Origin: Octopus bimaculoides
Lineage: Eukaryota
Assembly (NCBI RefSeq): GCF_001194135.2
Contig: NC_068997.1
Span: forward strand, 29,092,505-29,156,504
Direction: 5' to 3'
DNA length: 64,000 nt
Shown: in pieces, positions 62,384 to 64,000 of the stretch
Layout: every line of letters begins with the position of its first letter
Position numbering within the stretch: the stretch's first letter is position 1
The notes under the pieces: model-generated
What the model was told of the DNA's origin: nothing
What the model saw: only the letters and a program-made list of their open reading frames with translations
The model's database searches: none
Position numbers and translations under genes: made by a program

Positions 62384-64000
62384 GAGCAACTTGTTGCCAG
62401 TTTTCCTTTCATTAAATTCATAATTCTCAAGGAACACAACTATAATTTGAATGGGTTTTTTTTTCTCTCTACTCAAACACAAACCCACAGCGTTTTCAGT
62501 GGCCATCAATGATTTGGGATTAAAACCTTATAATTGAAACTCATCAGAGCAATCAGAAGGAAGTAAAATATAGGTATTTGTAAAGTAATTTAATCTGCCA
62601 TGGCTACAGATGAACAAATCTTTGGCACTTTTACACACAAAAATCCGAAAACCAACCATCTGGACCATCACGTTAATATAAGCCATAAAAAGGTTGTTAA
62701 ACACTTAATACCTTCTTCTTGTAATGATACTTGTACTTCTGTGACGAAACTTTCCAAATATTTATGCCTCACTTAGACATAAAAATGTTGATGAGAAGTT
62801 TTTATGATTTCATTTCAAAACAATTCATGATAAAATTAATGTGATTTTATTATTCACTCTCTCCTTGTATTCTGCTGTGTAATTGTGAGGTTCTCCATTG
62901 TAGTTTATGTCTTTTACTGCTGTTTTTTTTTTCCTATCATGCTCTGGGTAGTGATCTTGATACACTGGAAGAGGGAACATATGTTAAGTGTAAAGAGAGG
63001 ATAGGTTTTATGTTATATTGCCAGTAGTTAATGGTGATTGGGTTTCACAGTTGATAAAAGCAGGTCATGTGTGACTGTCAGAAACAAGAAAGTATCAGTG
63101 TTATTGGAAGCAAAGATGTTTTTTTCTAATTCCATAAGACTAGCTTACCAGTTTGGGTGGGGGAAGTCATCATTATCATCATTTAACGTCTGTTTTCCCA
63201 TGCTGGCATGGGTTGGATGGTTTGACAGGAGCTGGCAACGTCAGAAGACTACAAGAAGCTCCACTGTCTGCTTTGGCATGGTTTCTATGGCTGGATGTCC
63301 TACAGTGTGTGTGTAGTGCCTTGCATACAGCACTAGCAAAAGTCAAGCCATCAAGTAACTTGCTAGACATGGCCTTTTAACTGAAGGGGTGAGGGAAGTG
63401 GCAAATAAGACAATTATATGTCAATACTTTAGAGTTTTTATAGCAATGTTTTATTGGACCATTTATCTTTAGTGTTTTTAGCTCCATCTCATTCAAAAAA
63501 TTCTTTAATCATCATAGGCAGATGACATATCTCTAATATGCATGTACGTAGCTTTAAGTGAAGATTAAACAACTGAGAAACTTTCTTCCTAACATAGCTG
63601 CACTACCTCTATCCACACTTCTACAGCTTTTTAAAGCAAACCTACTTAAGCATACGGACTATTGGGCAATAAATACCATTGTGAAAGTGGGTTTACCTTG
63701 ATCAGGGATTGGACTGCCTTTTGATGACAGGAAAAAAAAGAGAAGGTTTGGCTTTAGAGTAAGAAAGAGTACATGGATGTTTTGAGATTTGTTGAATTGA
63801 TTGGAAATATCAAAAGATGACAAAGTAACAGATGTAGTCAGTTGAGAGATTTTGATTTGTTAACTGTGTTAGTAGGAGCAGAGGGAGAGAGAGAAGAAAG
63901 GGAAGTCGGGTGTATTGAAGTGATTATGGACAATACTTAAAAAACAAAAAGCAAAATAGGTGAGCTGTGGTAAGATAAATGTCAGTAACACAACTATTAG

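Noticed and set aside
58221-64000. Next CLASP exon (expected D-rich ..FDDE.S.D..RPSS..)
   Set aside because: Candidate acceptors near 59851 and 61401 give early stops or unrelated peptide in phase 1; the exon probably lies beyond the window.

Overview
AT-rich, microsatellite- and retroposon-rich animal genomic DNA from a gapped short-read scaffold (12 N-gaps). The repeat content suggests an octopod cephalopod (inference). The window holds the 5' part of one large + strand gene, a CLASP/Orbit (CLIP-associating protein) homolog. Eight coding exons were read by eye (1445-1621; 37152 into the gap at 37189; 41324-41367; 43752-43811; 44259-44350; 45433-45508; 47041-47138; 58150-58220). They encode the N-terminal TOG1 domain with compatible GT-AG phases, and the gene continues beyond the window. 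The first coding intron is about 35.5 kb. Almost all ORFs in the supplied track are artefacts of gaps, microsatellites or repeats. The introns carry RTE-LINE remnants and RTE-tailed elements, several tRNA-derived SINE families, two TTAA-flanked piggyBac-type MITE families, a palindromic mariner derivative built from two transposase 3' ends, other foldback palindromes, and a CpG-decayed 18S rRNA fragment joined to a SINE. The promoter has a duplicated CArG+CRE-like cassette and a possible divergent first exon. I found no convincing wholly new biological system. The best leads are the regulatory cassette, the hairpin-forming elements, and the rRNA/SINE chimera.
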